Positions 61,419 to 64,000 of a stretch of DNA of 64,000 nucleotides are shown piece after piece (within the stretch, counting starts at the first letter, position 1; every line of letters starts with the position of its first letter). Position numbers and translations under genes: made by a program. Source of the stretch: Vairimorpha necatrix. Its lineage: Eukaryota. The notes beneath the pieces were generated by a model. That model did no database searches. It saw only the letters and a program-made list of their open reading frames with translations, and was not told the origin of the DNA. Location of the stretch: contig CP142728.1 of the NCBI GenBank assembly GCA_036630325.1, positions 620,001-684,000 of the forward strand, written 5' to 3'.

Positions 61419-62618
61419 TTATTTATTAAATATATTGTAAGTTTTTTTTATGCAATCACATAATTTCTTGATACGTTCAAGCAATATAGTTTTACCTGAA
61501 CCATAGAAATATATAAATCTTATTCTCAGAATGTTAATGTCATTTAGAATTTCATTCATTAAATAGTTACTGTTTTCAAATTTAGTATGTGAAACAATAT
61601 AAATTAATTTTATCAATTCAGGGACATTAATAGAATTTGTTATTTCATCTATTTTCCAAGCAAATAGTCCCAAAGCGCGTTTATACTGTAAAAAATCAAA
61701 CTCTACTTTAGATTTTGTTGTTTTTTGAAACATATACTCATTTATTTCTTTAATAAATTCTAAAGCATCAATAATTACACCATTGACAAAAAAAGATTTT
61801 TTTTCGATTTGTTCCTTAATCGACGTGGTCTTTTTCAATATTTGCTCTCTGTATCTGTATTTGAAACTACAAATATATTTTTTTTGTTTATCAATTTTGT
61901 CTTCGACACAGAATGAATTATTCTTTAGACGGCTAGGTGATATGGGATTCTGTGACATATTAACTTGTTCTTGTTGTTTGATTCCGATAAATTTATTTTT
62001 CATTTCTGATAGTTTCTTAACTAGTGATGCATCATTATCTTTTTCATTTATATAGTTTTGGTTGCATTCGTCATAAAATAGTTGTTGATAATTTGTGTTC
62101 AAATAAGATTTATCATTTGTCAAATTACTTTTATATATTGGATTTTCATCGGAATTTATCGGTTCCACTGCATTTTGCTGTATAAAGTCATTATTGCATT
62201 GAAAAATAATACTGTCTTGATGAAAATTTTCTTCCCGCTCCCAAATTTCCGCTATATCTCTCGAAACTTCTTGCATTAATTCTTCATTTGTCTGATATGT
62301 TGTGTTTTGTAAAAAGTTCTCATCGGTTTTCAAATAATTAACTAAATTTTGTATTTGCATTTCTTCTGTGGTTTCTTCGTTGTCATAGTAATAACTTCCG
62401 TTCATTATTAATTTCTTATGATTTTCGTAGTAGTCCATTTTCTCTTCAACAAGCTCATTCTCTCTATTTTCATTACAATCCTCTGTCATAACTATATCAA
62501 AATCGAAACTTACATTGCTATCTATTTGATTATAGTTCTGTGGTTGTTGAAGCACTTCAGTATTATATGTATTGAATATTTCATTTGAGCATTTTAGTAG
62601 CAAGATAAAAAAATACAT
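61419..62618 (-). CDS. Family A putative secreted protein (399 aa)
   Basis: MYFFILLLKCSN start directly after cccc; all family motifs present. Confidence 0.9.
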   Translation of the reverse strand: MYFFILLLKCSNEIFNTYNTEVLQQPQNYNQIDSNVSFDFDIVMTEDCNENRENELVEEKMDYYENHKKLIMNGSYYYDNEETTEEMQIQNLVNYLKTDENFLQNTTYQTNEELMQEVSRDIAEIWEREENFHQDSIIFQCNNDFIQQNAVEPINSDENPIYKSNLTNDKSYLNTNYQQLFYDECNQNYINEKDNDASLVKKLSEMKNKFIGIKQQEQVNMSQNPISPSRLKNNSFCVEDKIDKQKKYICSFKYRYREQILKKTTSIKEQIEKKSFFVNGVIIDALEFIKEINEYMFQKTTKSKVEFDFLQYKRALGLFAWKIDEITNSINVPELIKLIYIVSHTKFENSNYLMNEILNDINILRIRFIYFYGSGKTILLERIKKLCDCIKKTYNIFNK

Positions 62619-64000
62619 GGGGATAACTTACAAAATTTTTAATTACAATAAAAAAAAAACTTAAATATCATCATTAATGACTTTTTTGATTAAAAAAAAT
62701 TTATATATTCTAGAATACTAGTAAAGCTTGTTATTTACATCTTTATTCTAATTTTCATTAACCATTTTTGGTTTAAGCATTAAAAAGAAAAATCTGCAAT
62801 AAAAATTAGAAATTTCAAATTTTTAGAAAGGTTTAAAAAATTCTTAAATTCCAAATGTTCTTTTATTTCATAAAAATGATTTATTGTCTCATAAGTATAA
62901 ATTTTGACACTCATCATTAAAATTTTTAGTGCTACAACAATATGCAATTTTTTGTGTATGAGTTAAATCACCTCTATGACACTTCTGATATTATTTTCGA
63001 AGTTAGTTCTACAAGAATAATAGGCCAATTAAAATTAATTTTAACAATATACACTCTTAAAAGTCCTTAAAATGACGCCTATAATCTAATTTAATATCAT
63101 AATAACGTAAATTACTAAGTAAGTAGTTTTTAAATCTAAAGTTAAAAAAATAGTCAAAATATTGGAGGAAAATCATTTTACAATAAATTATTAAAAATAA
63201 TAAATAATGATTTAGATATAGACAAATGTATCAAGACAGGATTATATAATAATATCATATAATTAATTATTTTAAAGAGCCGGCGTTGACTCGCCCCCGC
63301 AACGTTTATAAAAAATATACAAATGCATTTTTAAAATATTTAATTTCTAAAAAGGGTATTAAGGTTGAAGAGAATTTTTTTTGTACGCTCTTCGGTTTTT
63401 TATTTCACTATGTTGTTTGAGAAAATTTTCGTAATGGTCACTTTGTAGAAAAAAGAATGATAATTGTAGTTGTTCATTTTAGTATTATTTTTTCGAATAT
63501 TAGTTATATTGATATATCACCAAATCGAAAAGTATATCTGATGCTATGGGCTAATAAATGACTCTCCATTCTAGCAAGTTTATTTGAATTAAAAAAAAAA
63601 AGAAATTTTTTTTTCTGGGAACGCTGGTCGACACATTTCTTTTATTTTCTTCTCAGATATCTTTTCATTTTCTTTTATACTGTCATTTGAGGACACACCC
63701 AACCCGAGTACAAACAGTATAAAACCCTTATGATTTTAAGAAAAAGTCAAATAAAATTGCTTTATCTCACTATGTTTGGTTAAATTGTAGTTCTAAACGA
63801 CTTATCAAGATGTTTGAGCCATTCCCTACCATCTTCGGCTCTAGAATCCTCAGCGGCTATCGAACATTCTTTAAGTATATGTTTTAAATAGTCTCAGAAA
63901 TTGATTAAATAATCCTTTTGTTTACATGTTAAACTGTGGGTGACGCATTCTATTTTGTTTTTTTTTCATTTCAAAGTCTATACAAAGCTGTTTTGGTGAA

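Larger units (their letters stand above)
54880..63992. repeat. Direct segmental duplication (~2.9-kb units at ~54880-57785 and ~61120-63992)
   Basis: Colinear anchors in both units: ctagtgttg...tctacg, the family A gene, ctatgacacttctgatattat, gttgtttgagaaaattttcgtaat, caaagtctatacaaagctgtt. Confidence 0.85.

Overview
Very AT-rich, intron-poor eukaryotic DNA that reads as a microsporidian genome (Nosema/Vairimorpha-like). This is inferred from compact divergent genes, CCC/GGG motifs just before start codons, a mitosomal-type Isd11 and Merlin transposons. Small islands of core genes (a 485-aa hypothetical, a multi-pass membrane protein, CysRS, Swi3/Csm3-like, Isd11, Med10-like, Nuf2) sit among two expanded families of probable secreted proteins and many, often nested, mobile elements. 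The elements are four Ty3/Gypsy LTR retrotransposons, four Merlin (IS1595/ISXO2-like) elements, a MULE, a hAT (Buster/Charlie type), a Tc1/IS630 DD34E remnant, a TIR-bounded integrase-only element, three RLE-type non-LTR fragments and two copies of a tRNA-headed SINE. Main observations: (1) all four LTR elements have tiny LTRs (49-115 bp) with the CCC motif and gag ATG inside the LTR, so the primer-binding site is coding; (2) one nearly intact element has no recognisable protease; (3) a ~790-bp tRNA-derived SINE has a 17-bp TSD and an empty paralogous site in the window; (4) a ~400-nt GC-richer, ORF-less segment downstream of Isd11 folds by eye into a pseudoknotted RNA. Product calls come from motif recognition only; no database search was run.
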